64,000 bases of DNA from an uncultured Candidatus Saccharibacteria bacterium. GTDB lineage: Bacteria; Patescibacteriota; Minisyncoccia; Phycocordibacterales; SBAW01. Positions 55,410 to 63,859 of the stretch are shown in pieces. Numbering within the stretch: the first letter of the stretch is position 1; each line of letters begins with the position of its first letter. The position numbers and the translations under genes were made by a program. The stretch spans positions 15,867 through 79,866 of the forward strand of contig CAYHDT010000003.1 in assembly GCA_964355655.1 (NCBI GenBank), read 5' to 3'. The notes beneath the pieces are model-generated. The model was not told the DNA's origin, did not search any database, and saw only the letters and a list, made by a program, of their open reading frames with translations.

Positions 55410-56734
55410 TGCAGTTTTTTAACGGCGTCTACGAATTGGTCGTTGCGGTCATACTCGTTTTTGAACAATCCAAAGGAAGCAAAAGCCGGCGAAAGCAACA
55501 CTAAGTCTCCGGCACTTTTCAATGCTTTGCCAACCGCTTCTTGCATAGACGCCGCCTCGGTAAAATCCTTCAGGAACGGTTTCAGCCGCTTTGTTCCTGT
55601 GCCGGGCAAGAGTATTATCGTCGCGCCACTTGTCCCCATCTCTTGCGCCAAATTCTCAAGTGGAAGCGCCTTGTCCGCGCCTCCGGTAATCAGCGTTATT
55701 TTTTTGCCGTCAAAGGCGCGCAAAGCGGCGATAGTCGCGTCCGGCGTCGTGGCGTTATTGTCGTTATAAAATGTGACACCTTTTATTTCCGCTATCTTTT
55801 GCAGCCGGCCCTCCACCGGCTCAAAAGACTCAAGACCTTTTTTAATATCATCCTCGGACAGGCCGAGTATCCGGAGCGCAAGCGCCGCGAGAGCGGCATT
55901 CTCTTTATTGTGCTCGCCTATAAGTTTAAGATTCCACTCATGCGGTAGCGGCGGCGGCACGAGCGGCGCAACCGGAGGGTTTGCTTTTTGTATTTGCGCG
56001 AGCACACCTGCCCCGACAATAAATTTATCTCCGTTTTTCTGATGTAAAAAAATATTCGCCTTGTCCCAAAAATACGCTTCTTTATCCCCGCTATAGTAGT
56101 TGAGATGGTCGCTCATAAGGTTGGTAAAGACCGCAACCTGCGGACTTATTTTTAAATCCCCAAAACCCTGCAACTGCCAGGAGTCTAACTCCAGCACTGC
56201 AATGTCCCCTTTTTGTACGTCGGGTAGCATCGCGAGAGTCGAAAGTCCGCGCACATTGCCGCCGAGAAAGATTTTTCTTTCTCGCCCCGAGCCCTGTCGA
56301 GAGACTGCATGGATAAGTGCATGATAAATAAGATGAGTTACGGTCGATTTGCCGCGCGTGCCGGTAATACCTGCGATTGTCGCGCCTGCCTCCGCGGCAA
56401 ACTTTGCAAACAGCGCGGTCGACATGTATACCGGTACATTATTTTTTTTAGCCGTGGCAATATACGGCGAGTCCGCAGGCACGCCGGCGGCCTTGATAAC
56501 CATGTTGGTGTTTATAAAATCCTCCTCCTTATGCCCGCCGAGCGCGTAACGGATATTCGAAAATTGCTCCAGACGCTTAAGCGACGGCGCAAGCTCGGCC
56601 TCGCTTTTAGCATCTGTAACCACGAGCTCTTTGCAGAGCGGAGCAAGAAACTCCGCGTCTCCCACTCCGCGGCCAAGAAGCCCCAGCCCCATAAGGGTTA
56701 CTCGCTTGCCAGCAAAAAAGTCTTTATACGTCAT
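55406..56734 (-). CDS. murD: UDP-N-acetylmuramoylalanine--D-glutamate ligase
   Basis: GTRGKSTVTHLIYHAL Mur ligase P-loop; N-terminal Rossmann; overlaps murC start by 4 nt. Confidence 0.8.
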   Translation of the reverse strand: MTYKDFFAGKRVTLMGLGLLGRGVGDAEFLAPLCKELVVTDAKSEAELAPSLKRLEQFSNIRYALGGHKEEDFINTNMVIKAAGVPADSPYIATAKKNNVPVYMSTALFAKFAAEAGATIAGITGTRGKSTVTHLIYHALIHAVSRQGSGRERKIFLGGNVRGLSTLAMLPDVQKGDIAVLELDSWQLQGFGDLKISPQVAVFTNLMSDHLNYYSGDKEAYFWDKANIFLHQKNGDKFIVGAGVLAQIQKANPPVAPLVPPPLPHEWNLKLIGEHNKENAALAALALRILGLSEDDIKKGLESFEPVEGRLQKIAEIKGVTFYNDNNATTPDATIAALRAFDGKKITLITGGADKALPLENLAQEMGTSGATIILLPGTGTKRLKPFLKDFTEAASMQEAVGKALKSAGDLVLLSPAFASFGLFKNEYDRNDQFVDAVKKLQ

Positions 56735-56811
56735 AGCTTAGTAATCATGCGACAAACCCGCCGCTTCTGCAAAGAAGCGGCGGGTTCTAAATCTCTCTAT
56801 AAGTAGAAAGA

Positions 56812-57441
56812 TTAAGGAGTAATAGAACCCGTAGCGCCAGTACCGGCATCGGGCGTCTGCGGCGGCACCAACACCGCCGAGATTACATAAACGATGCCAT
56901 TGCTCGCCTTATACTGCTTTATAGCATAGCCGCTGTTGACGTATGCGAGCTTGGTCTGCGGGTTGACTTGGAAGTTAAGCGGGTCCTTCGACAGAGCGGT
57001 GTAATTGCCGCTGTTGACGGCGTCAAGGTCGAGCATCTTACCCGAAACGACCGCGTACTGCACAAGACGCTTCTTTTCTGCGGCGGTCATGGTAGAGATT
57101 GCATCAGTAAGGTTCGCAAACGCGGCATCGGTAGGCACGAACACGGTGTATGGGCCCTTGCCGGTCATGGATGCGGAGACACCGGTCGAGGAGTACAGTG
57201 CGGCAAACTTGCCGGCATTCGAGAGGCTTGAGATGACGCCATTGACAGTAGCGCTTGTGCGTACCTCGCTGGCAGTAGCCACAGGAGAACCCGCTGTAGC
57301 GGTTTGCGCAGTGGTAGTGGCTAGGCCGCCGGTAGTTGCCGCCGGATTTACCTGCGTAAACCACCAAATCCCGAGAATAACGAGCAATACCGCTACAATA
57401 CCGACCCCCCATTTAAAAACATTTTGATCATCCATATTCAT
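56812..57441 (-). CDS. Fasciclin (FAS1) domain surface protein
   Basis: N-terminal TM; TVFVPTDAAFANL FAS1 motif. Confidence 0.6.
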   Translation of the reverse strand: MNMDDQNVFKWGVGIVAVLLVILGIWWFTQVNPAATTGGLATTTAQTATAGSPVATASEVRTSATVNGVISSLSNAGKFAALYSSTGVSASMTGKGPYTVFVPTDAAFANLTDAISTMTAAEKKRLVQYAVVSGKMLDLDAVNSGNYTALSKDPLNFQVNPQTKLAYVNSGYAIKQYKASNGIVYVISAVLVPPQTPDAGTGATGSITP

Positions 57442-57531
57442 AATATAATTTCTGCTAATATACGGGAGTTTAATACACTTTCCTGAAGAAGAGGTGAAGA
57501 ATTAATGAGTTGAACATGTTATCGTAGCCCC

Positions 57532-57753
57532 ATGTACGTCAAAGTACGGGTTATCGCGGGAGCCAAAAAAGAATCAATAGAAGAGGTGTCGGCCGGGCAT
57601 TTTAAAATTTCGGTCAGAGAGCCGGCCGAGCGCAACCTGGCCAACCGCCGTATCATAGAACTCGTTGCCGGACACTATCGCCTTTCTCCAAAACAAGTAC
57701 GCATAATCAGCGGGCACACCAGCCCGTCTAAAATACTGTCTATCCCTGATTAA
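57532..57753 (+). CDS. DUF167 (YggU-like, UPF0235) protein
   Basis: 73 aa; VKVRVIAGAKKE...AERNLANRRIIELVAG family pattern. Confidence 0.55.
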   Translation: MYVKVRVIAGAKKESIEEVSAGHFKISVREPAERNLANRRIIELVAGHYRLSPKQVRIISGHTSPSKILSIPD

Positions 57754-57788
57754 AATAAAAAGGCGGTCAAAAGACCGCCCTGCAGTCA

Positions 57789-58382
57789 CTACATTTTTTT
57801 GTTGCGCACTCTCCTCATGCGATGCGCCGCGGCCCACGCGGAGCGGCGTTTGCGAAGCCGGGTAAAGCGGGCCTTCAAAACCTCGCGCGCCTCCACCCAA
57901 CGCTCTTTGACGAGGGTCTTGAAATGTTTCTTCACTGCAAGCACTCGTTTAACCCACACTTGTCGGTTAAACCACCGGCGGTTCCACCGGTACCAAGCAT
58001 AACCGCGCCTAATCCAAAACACGGCCAGAAGCTGTGTGTGATACAGGCCGAGCACATAGTTGAGGACGGGAACCGCCGTCCATTTCAAGACGTGGAAAAG
58101 CAAGAAAAGTAGATAATGCCCCTGCGCAAGCACCACATACTGGTAGAACTCAAAGAACAGGAATATGCCGCCCGCAAATGCTATCGGTATCGCGGCAAAC
58201 CAGAGTGGTTGCCCACGCAGCCAGTCTTCGAGCCGTCTGAGGCCGACAAAGACGATGAACCGGTGTACGAGTTGAGTCAGCGGTTCGAGTACCCACTCGA
58301 CCGCCACGATGACCACAATAAGCGCAATGATGAGCGCGCGGCGTATAGGCCGGTTTTCGAAGAATCTGGAGCTATCGCTCAC
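57789..58382 (-). CDS. Hypothetical membrane protein with basic C-terminal tail
   Basis: 4 predicted TM helices; Arg/Lys-rich C-terminus. Confidence 0.4.
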   Translation of the reverse strand: MSDSSRFFENRPIRRALIIALIVVIVAVEWVLEPLTQLVHRFIVFVGLRRLEDWLRGQPLWFAAIPIAFAGGIFLFFEFYQYVVLAQGHYLLFLLFHVLKWTAVPVLNYVLGLYHTQLLAVFWIRRGYAWYRWNRRWFNRQVWVKRVLAVKKHFKTLVKERWVEAREVLKARFTRLRKRRSAWAAAHRMRRVRNKKM

Positions 58383-58482
58383 GTAAACCTCCTTCGTGAG
58401 AATCTAGGAATCAGAGTATAATATATTGCAAAAAAGTCAATAGTTCGGGAAACGCAAAAGCCGTGTTTTAAAATACTCCTTG

Positions 58483-58564
58483 TGGGCACGGGGAGAGTCG
58501 AACTCCCATGTCTTTCGACACACGCTTCTGAGACGTGCGCGGCTACCAGTTACGCCACGTGCCC
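58483..58564 (-). tRNA. tRNA-Leu (anticodon CAG), class II with long variable arm
   Basis: Manual fold: acceptor GGGCACG/CGTGCCC, 3 bp D-stem, anticodon stem CACGT/GCGTG, loop CUCAGAA, variable arm TGTC-GAAA-GACA, T-arm GGGAG-TTCGACT-CTCCC, discriminator A. Confidence 0.8.
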
Positions 58565-58576
58565 ATGTTTTGTAGA

Positions 58577-59275
58577 TTACACCAAAAGGGGGCTGTTACG
58601 CGAGCGTAGGATGCCTTCGGCGCGCACTAAGTCCTCTGGGTACCCTATTTGTATCCATTGCTCGCTTTCTACCCCCGCCAGGGCGTGGTCGCGCGCATAA
58701 GCCTCAACCATGTCGGTTAGATATCTCTCGCCATTAGCACGGACTTCCGCCGGGTACGAAAAAACATTTTCATCAAGCAAATAGACGCCGGTCGAGACTA
58801 AATTAGACTTCGGTTGCGGCGGTTTTTCCTCGATGCCGAGTACCCGCCCATCATCATCGAGAGTCACGACGCCGAACCGGGTGGGGTCTGCCGCGTGAGC
58901 CAAGAGCATCCCCCGCTCCTGCCGAAGTAATTTTTCTAAATCATTTTTTGCATAAATATCATCGGCATAGACGGTTAAAAATCTCCCGCCGGTAAGATGA
59001 GGGCGCGCTAACAAAAGAGCCGACCCTGTCCCCGTGGGAGCCGTTTGGCGCACAAATGACACCTTTTTATCCGCTACTTGCGTCGCGATGTATGCGCGTA
59101 TCTGCTCCTCTTTATAGCCGACAATGAAAATTATTTCGTCTACCTCGTCCGGCAGGCACGCAAGCGTGTAGGAAAGCAACGGCTTGCCGCACACTTGCAA
59201 CAAAGGCTTCGGGGTCTCGAGAGTCAGCGGCTGCATGCGCTTGCCCTCCCCTGCCGCAAAAATAACCGCTTGCAT
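58577..59275 (-). CDS. Sugar-phosphate nucleotidyltransferase (RmlA/GalU-like fold)
   Basis: MQAVIFAAGEGKRMQPLT...; start at MQAVIF (ORF to 59335). Confidence 0.6.
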   Translation of the reverse strand: MQAVIFAAGEGKRMQPLTLETPKPLLQVCGKPLLSYTLACLPDEVDEIIFIVGYKEEQIRAYIATQVADKKVSFVRQTAPTGTGSALLLARPHLTGGRFLTVYADDIYAKNDLEKLLRQERGMLLAHAADPTRFGVVTLDDDGRVLGIEEKPPQPKSNLVSTGVYLLDENVFSYPAEVRANGERYLTDMVEAYARDHALAGVESEQWIQIGYPEDLVRAEGILRSRNSPLLV

Positions 59276-59367
59276 TACCGACTTAAACTTCCTGTAAAGC
59301 GGGAAGGATACCGCTGCATGAGACTTATCTTCCATTTTGTAACTGATGTGCTACCATGCCCAAACAT

Positions 59368-59440
59368 GCGCGCTTAGCTCAGTTGGTAGAGCATTCGACT
59401 GATACTCGAAAGGTCCTAGGTTCGATCCCTAGAGCGCGCA
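59368..59440 (+). tRNA. tRNA-Ile (anticodon GAU)
   Basis: Manual fold: acceptor GCGCGCT/AGCGCGC, D-arm GCTC-AGTTGGTA-GAGC, anticodon stem TTCGA/TCGAA, loop CUGAUAC, T-arm CTAGG-TTCGATC-CCTAG. Confidence 0.85.
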
Positions 59441-59538
59441 CAAAACACCAAAAATCTGCCCTGCGGCAGATTTTGCGGTTTTGTGCGAGCCGGAGCGATG
59501 TCCCGCATTGGCGGGACCGCGAGGCAAGGTCGTGCGGC
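59438..59538. repeat. Direct repeat A copy 1 (101 bp) abutting tRNA-Ile 3' end; contains two hairpins
   Basis: About 88% identical to 61726..61826; hairpin 1 AAAATCTGCC-CTGC-GGCAGATTTT identical in both copies; hairpin 2 GTCCCGC-ATTG-GCGGGAC. Confidence 0.7.
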
Positions 59539-59679
59539 AATGTGCGCGACGGCGCACATTGAACGCCCTGACCACAGACTAGTGAGCCCTACCGAGAGAC
59601 CTCTTTTTCTCGTTTCTTATTTTTTGTTTTGTGGTATAGTCCCGCCAGATGAATCAGGGAGCGGCTTCTTGCCGATACG

Positions 59680-60093
59680 TTGATGAAATCAAAAGAACCT
59701 CTGGTCTTGGGAAAGGAGTTACCCAAGACTGCGCCCGCGCTTTGGAAAGAGCGTCGGGCACGTGATTTTCGGAATCCTGCGCATTTCATTCTCCATCATT
59801 ATCGCTCGTACCTTGGAGAGCGTGGCAAAGTTTTGGGAATGACACAGGCCGATATCGAGCCGCTTGATCCAGGCCTATATGTCGCAATTCGTAATTGGCC
59901 GCGTTTCAATAAAAATCGCCAGAGTGCCGACTTCCTCAGGCTAAAAGATCGGATGCCCACTTTGTTTGAACGCAACGACGAAATCATCGCTGCTATTTTG
60001 GAAGGGCGCGGTGTTCCCGGCTTGACCATGCAGAGCTTGACCGCACTTTTTCAGGCTCTACAGCGAAGAAAAAAGAAGACCCAACTACGTTAG
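59680..60093 (+). CDS. Hypothetical protein (137 aa) inside repeat-flanked islet
   Basis: ORF followed immediately by a perfect intrinsic terminator. Confidence 0.4.
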   Translation: MMKSKEPLVLGKELPKTAPALWKERRARDFRNPAHFILHHYRSYLGERGKVLGMTQADIEPLDPGLYVAIRNWPRFNKNRQSADFLRLKDRMPTLFERNDEIIAAILEGRGVPGLTMQSLTALFQALQRRKKKTQLR

Positions 60094-60119
60094 ACCCGCC
60101 TCGGCGGGTCACTTTTTTG
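60093..60119 (+). terminator. Intrinsic terminator GACCCGCC-TC-GGCGGGTC + ACTTTTTTG
   Basis: Seen directly in the sequence; overlaps stop codon of 59680..60093. Confidence 0.6.
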
Positions 60120-60120
60120 C

Positions 60121-60213
60121 CAGACCGAGAGGTCCAAGTCTGCTATACTCAAACTACCAAAACGGTCCTTGAGGTGCCTCACTGGCACAGGTTCGAGACC
60201 GAGACGGGGCACA
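60121..60213. repeat. Repeat element B copy 1 (93 bp)
   Basis: Shares GACCGAGAGG...TG-N-TAWACT...AAACTACCAAAACGGTCC...hairpin...GGTTCGAGACCGAGACGGGGCACA with copies at 60777 and 61638; internal hairpin GTGCC-TCACT-GGCAC. Confidence 0.65.
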
Positions 60214-60245
60214 TGTTAGTGAGACAGACCGAGAGGGGTTTATTG

Positions 60246-60283
60246 TATAAAAATACCCGCCGCAGATCGCTTTGCGGCGGGGG
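60246..60283 (-). terminator. Intrinsic terminator for the 60306..60701 gene
   Basis: On minus strand CCCGCCGCA-AAGCGAUC-UGCGGCGGG followed by UAUUUUUAU. Confidence 0.55.
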
Positions 60284-60305
60284 CGCCGTAACCCTGGTCA
60301 GGTTA

Positions 60306-60701
60306 TTATCTCGAGGTCGAGGGAACTACAGGGATGGGTGATATGGCGAAAGCGGGTAACCCCCCAATCATTACTTCAATAATATGAAGGGTTGTACCGC
60401 CGAAGTTGTATGTCCCGACAAGTCGCACCACCTTGAATTCTGTCAGGACAGTGAGGGGGTCTTCAATGCAGATATTTAGAACCCTCGTCTTTTGCTTCCA
60501 TAGGACTAATGCCTCTTGATATCCGGATGATTGGTGGAGGTCTAATACTTGGCGTAAGTCGCTCTCTTTGCGGCAATACTCGCTTGCCGCACGGTAGGTT
60601 TGTCCAGTCTGCAGTGTGTCAAAGTCGCGGATATTCTGCGACCATGCCAGCGTACTATAAAAGCGTAAGGCAAGAGCTAGCGTAAGAGCTCGAGTTAGCA
60701 T
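60306..60701 (-). CDS. Hypothetical small secreted protein (131 aa)
   Basis: N-terminal hydrophobic signal-like segment; SD GAGGAGG 5 nt upstream of ATG; own terminator. Confidence 0.5.
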   Translation of the reverse strand: MLTRALTLALALRFYSTLAWSQNIRDFDTLQTGQTYRAASEYCRKESDLRQVLDLHQSSGYQEALVLWKQKTRVLNICIEDPLTVLTEFKVVRLVGTYNFGGTTLHIIEVMIGGLPAFAISPIPVVPSTSR

Positions 60702-60776
60702 TGAATCCTCCTCGAATCATATTTGTACGGCTGCCGACATTCTGTCATAAATACAAAAATATGCTATTAAAAACTC

Positions 60777-60869
60777 CTGACCGAGAGGCCTAAGTCTGTT
60801 AAACTTAAACTACCAAAACGGTCCTTACGGTGCCTCACTGACACAGGTTCGAGACCGAGACGGGGCACA
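60777..60869. repeat. Repeat element B copy 2 (93 bp)
   Basis: See copy 1; hairpin variant GTGCC-TCACT-GACAC (one mismatch). Confidence 0.65.
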
Positions 60870-60920
60870 GACTAGTGAGACAGACCGAGAGTCATCCGGG
60901 CAGTAGAGATTTTAGTAAGT

Positions 60921-60959
60921 CAAAAAGAAAATCCCGCCGAAGCTTGCGCTACGGCGGGG
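60921..60959 (-). terminator. Intrinsic terminator for the 60996..61559 gene
   Basis: Minus-strand CCCGCCG-loop-CGGCGGG then AUUUUCUUUUUG. Confidence 0.5.
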
Positions 60960-60995
60960 CTGCGATTGGAGGGACTTATGCCGGAATGGCGTCAA

Positions 60996-61559
60996 TCAGG
61001 TTGTGAATTTTTTGGCGCGTTCATTCCAGAGCATCCTGCTTATTGTCAGTGGCACTAGGCTGAGCCCCGCGCCGACCGCCAATTGTGCAAACATGAGGCC
61101 CATGGTTTCGATCGAGACTTCCAATCGAGCCCAAGTGACCACTACTGAAACAGCCGTTACTACCACAAAGATGGCCGACGCGATGGTCCATCCTCGGGCT
61201 TCAGGCTCCCAGTAGTGCCATGGAGCGCGACGCCTGTCGGCCGCTTCGCGCAGGAGCGTCATACAGGTTACGTAGTCGCCGCCGGGGAGACCGTAGTTGA
61301 GCGCATACCATTGCCGAGCCTTGTGGCCGGCGATGAGCATATGCAACGGATCATTTTTCTCCTTCCGCGGTGCCGTATAGACCATGATGGGGCAGTACTC
61401 GGGCAAGCTCTGCTCGATGAGCTCACGGAACGCTTCCGGAAGTACATCGGTCAACGGCTCCAACTGAAGATCGTCCAGATGCGTGTAAGTCGCATCCAAG
61501 TCCAGGCACAGCCGAAGGAGTTCGGCCATACGTTGGGGAATCAATTTTGCCTCGGCCAT
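60996..61559 (-). CDS. Hypothetical protein with C-terminal transmembrane helices (187 aa)
   Basis: SD GAGGAGG 5 nt upstream; translation-initiation region (CGAGGAGGnTTCAAATG) nearly identical to that of 60306..60701. Confidence 0.5.
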   Translation of the reverse strand: MAEAKLIPQRMAELLRLCLDLDATYTHLDDLQLEPLTDVLPEAFRELIEQSLPEYCPIMVYTAPRKEKNDPLHMLIAGHKARQWYALNYGLPGGDYVTCMTLLREAADRRRAPWHYWEPEARGWTIASAIFVVVTAVSVVVTWARLEVSIETMGLMFAQLAVGAGLSLVPLTISRMLWNERAKKFTT

Positions 61560-61637
61560 TTGAACCTCCTCGGTCAGGCCATTTCTTCTGGAGTAGATAG
61601 AACCACAGAATTAGATGGTGAGCAACGTTTTTACACC

Positions 61638-61730
61638 CTGACCGAGACGCCTAACTCTGCTAAACTGAAACTATCCAAACGGTCCTTGTGGTGTCTTACT
61701 GACACAGGGTCCAGACCGAGGTGGGGCACA
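61638..61730. repeat. Repeat element B copy 3 (93 bp), directly fused to repeat A copy 2
   Basis: Hairpin variant GTGTC-TTACT-GACAC (compensatory to copy 1). Confidence 0.6.
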
Positions 61731-61826
61731 AAACGCCAAAAATCTGCCCTGCGGCAGATTTTGCGGTTTTGTGCGAGCCGTAGCGATGCCCAGCAAGTGC
61801 TGGGCCGCGAGGCAGGGTCGTGCGGC
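61726..61826. repeat. Direct repeat A copy 2 (101 bp)
   Basis: Matches 59438..59538; hairpin 2 variant GCCCAGC-AAGTG-GCTGGGC with two compensatory base-pair changes. Confidence 0.7.
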
Positions 61827-61913
61827 TAAATTTTGCCGTCGCAGGTGAAGCGGGACGGTATCTGCTCGTTATGTTTGAATGCGGGGGAGGTAAGGTTCAT
61901 AGGTAGTAACTCG

Positions 61914-62492
61914 TTAATCAATAATCGCCCTGCCTGCGTACCCAAAGTATCTGTCGCCGAAATCGCCGATTCCAGGCACAATCACACTATGCTCATCGAG
62001 TCCTTGGTCGACCGCCCCGAGTATGATGTTTTTTTCGGGGATTAACTTCGCCAGGCGCGTACGGCCCTCTGGGGCGGCGACAATGCCGACGAAGTATATA
62101 TTTTTGGAATCTGCGCCCCGCTCCTTAAGCCTCTCGACTGTCGCTTCGGCAGTGCCTCCCGTTGCGAGCATCGGATCAAGGATAATAATTACGTTCTTCG
62201 GGGAGACCGGCGGCAGGTTTTCGTAATACCGGCGCGGATTGAGCGTATGTTCATCCCGTTTCAAACCAAAGACTCCCACCGGAACTCCCGGGAATGCCTG
62301 TACGGCCGCATCAAAAAAGACAATCGCGGCGCGGAGGATGATAACAATAATCGCGCGGTGCGGATTACCTCCATGTTCACACACGAGCACACGAGTCTTT
62401 TGCATCAGATGACCGCACATAATCTGTGCCGCGCGGCGAAATTCCGCCGTCCCGGTCCCTCTATCTCGAAGTATTTTGAGTGATGACTCCAT
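61914..62492 (-). CDS. upp: Uracil phosphoribosyltransferase
   Basis: ILDPMLATGGT PRPP-binding motif; 192 aa. Confidence 0.75.
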   Translation of the reverse strand: MESSLKILRDRGTGTAEFRRAAQIMCGHLMQKTRVLVCEHGGNPHRAIIVIILRAAIVFFDAAVQAFPGVPVGVFGLKRDEHTLNPRRYYENLPPVSPKNVIIILDPMLATGGTAEATVERLKERGADSKNIYFVGIVAAPEGRTRLAKLIPEKNIILGAVDQGLDEHSVIVPGIGDFGDRYFGYAGRAIID

Positions 62493-62496
62493 TTAT

Positions 62497-63138
62497 TTAT
62501 TTCTTCGCACCGGTGAGAAAACGCGCGAACCACTTCGTAGCGAGGGCGGCAACACGTTCAAGGGCTCCGGATTCCTCGAAGAGGTGCGTCGCGCCGGGGA
62601 CGATCTCCAGCTTCTTCTCGCCACGCAGCGCGGCGAGTGCCTGCTCGTTTAGCTCGATAACGCCGTGATCCTCGCCGCCGACGATAAGGAGTGTCGACGC
62701 TTCGACTTTGCCGAGTTCGTCAATGGCGAGGTCCGGCCTGCCGCCGCGCGACACTACGGCGGCTACTTTTTTGCCGAGCCTCGCCGCGAGAATGAGCGCG
62801 GCTGCCGCCCCCGTCGACGCCCCAAAGAGCCCCACGGCAAGATCTTTCGTTCCCGACTCGTCTCCAAGCCAGCGAAAGACCCTGCCGAGGCGCTCTGTCA
62901 GAAGGCCGATGTTAAATCGGGTCTCGTACACTTCATCCTCCTTCTCGGTCAGCAGGTCAATGAGCAAAGTCGCGATTCCGGCCTTTTGCAGTTCTTTTGC
63001 GACGAATGCGTTGCGCGGCGAGAATCGGCTGCTACCGCTTCCGTGCACAAAAAGCACGATGCCGGAAGCCCCTCCCGGCACGGAGAGGATTCCTTCGAGG
63101 ACGACGCCGTCAACTTTTATGTGTGTTTCTTGCTCCAT
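62497..63138 (-). CDS. Alpha/beta hydrolase (dienelactone hydrolase-like)
   Basis: GIVLFVHGSGSS, nucleophile elbow GASTG. Confidence 0.6.
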   Translation of the reverse strand: MEQETHIKVDGVVLEGILSVPGGASGIVLFVHGSGSSRFSPRNAFVAKELQKAGIATLLIDLLTEKEDEVYETRFNIGLLTERLGRVFRWLGDESGTKDLAVGLFGASTGAAAALILAARLGKKVAAVVSRGGRPDLAIDELGKVEASTLLIVGGEDHGVIELNEQALAALRGEKKLEIVPGATHLFEESGALERVAALATKWFARFLTGAKK

Positions 63139-63763
63139 ATGCCGATCGCATCATCCTAATAACCTCGTCGTCTTCGACCTGCTCGAACGTTTCGTAGTGT
63201 GCGCCGACCGCACCCATAAACTCCTCGGGCGGCTCGAGGACGACTATTTCGTCAGCCCCTTCATCCTTGAGCGCCCGCAGAGCCCCGGCGGGAGCAACGG
63301 GCACCGCCACGATAACTTTCTCCGGCTTCTGCACCTTTGCGGAGAGCACGGCGAGCCGCATAGTAAGCCCCGTCGCGATTCCGTCGTCCACGATGATAAC
63401 AATCTCCCCCGCAAGGCCCAAAGGCTCCTTTCCCTCGCGATAGGCGCTACTGCGACGCTTCGCCTCCTGCTTCTGCCGCCCGGTCTCTTCTTTAAGCCAT
63501 GACCGGTCCACCGCTTTGGTCTCCGCTTCGTTCAAAATAGTAGTCCCGTTCTCGTCGACCGCCCCTATCGCGTATTCCGGATTCGTCGGGTGACCTATCT
63601 TGCGCACCGCAACAATATCGAGCGGAAGCTTGAGCGTGCGGGCAATCTCAAAACCGGTGACCACTCCGCCGCGGGGGAGCGCAAGCACGACCGCATGAGT
63701 GCCCGCGTATCCGCGCAGCCTTTCGGCAAGTTTTTGTCCGGCCTCCTTTCTGTCTTTAAACAT
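63110..63763 (-). CDS. Type I phosphoribosyltransferase-domain protein
   Basis: EIVIIVDDGIATGLTM PRPP-binding loop; overlaps hydrolase gene by 29 nt. Confidence 0.6.
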   Translation of the reverse strand: MFKDRKEAGQKLAERLRGYAGTHAVVLALPRGGVVTGFEIARTLKLPLDIVAVRKIGHPTNPEYAIGAVDENGTTILNEAETKAVDRSWLKEETGRQKQEAKRRSSAYREGKEPLGLAGEIVIIVDDGIATGLTMRLAVLSAKVQKPEKVIVAVPVAPAGALRALKDEGADEIVVLEPPEEFMGAVGAHYETFEQVEDDEVIRMMRSAYGARNTHKS

Positions 63764-63859
63764 GTTTATACGCTATTTCGGTCGCACTCACTCTCGTTCC
63801 GAGGCTTTTAATCTCGCGATACTTGGCCCCGCCGAGAACAGGGCCTTTCTCGCTACCGC

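Noticed and set aside
59799-60029. 76 aa minus-strand ORF positioned about 89 nt from element B1, analogous spacing to the other cassette genes
   Set aside because: Arg-rich shadow of the plus-strand ORF 59680..60093, which has its own perfect terminator; kept the plus-strand call
60117-60341. 74 aa plus-strand ORF beginning inside element B1
   Set aside because: Overlaps repeat element and the terminator of the neighbouring minus gene; likely non-coding, although transcription from the B1 -10-like box is conceivable
59438-61826. Possibility that the repeat pair is a diversity-generating retroelement TR/VR pair or a CRISPR-like array
   Set aside because: No reverse transcriptase or cas genes; substitutions between copies are not adenine-specific; repeats are not regularly spaced with unique spacers
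62708-63502. 264 aa plus-strand ORF overlapping hydrolase and PRTase genes
   Set aside because: Antisense shadow, Ser/Arg/Pro-rich, no motifs
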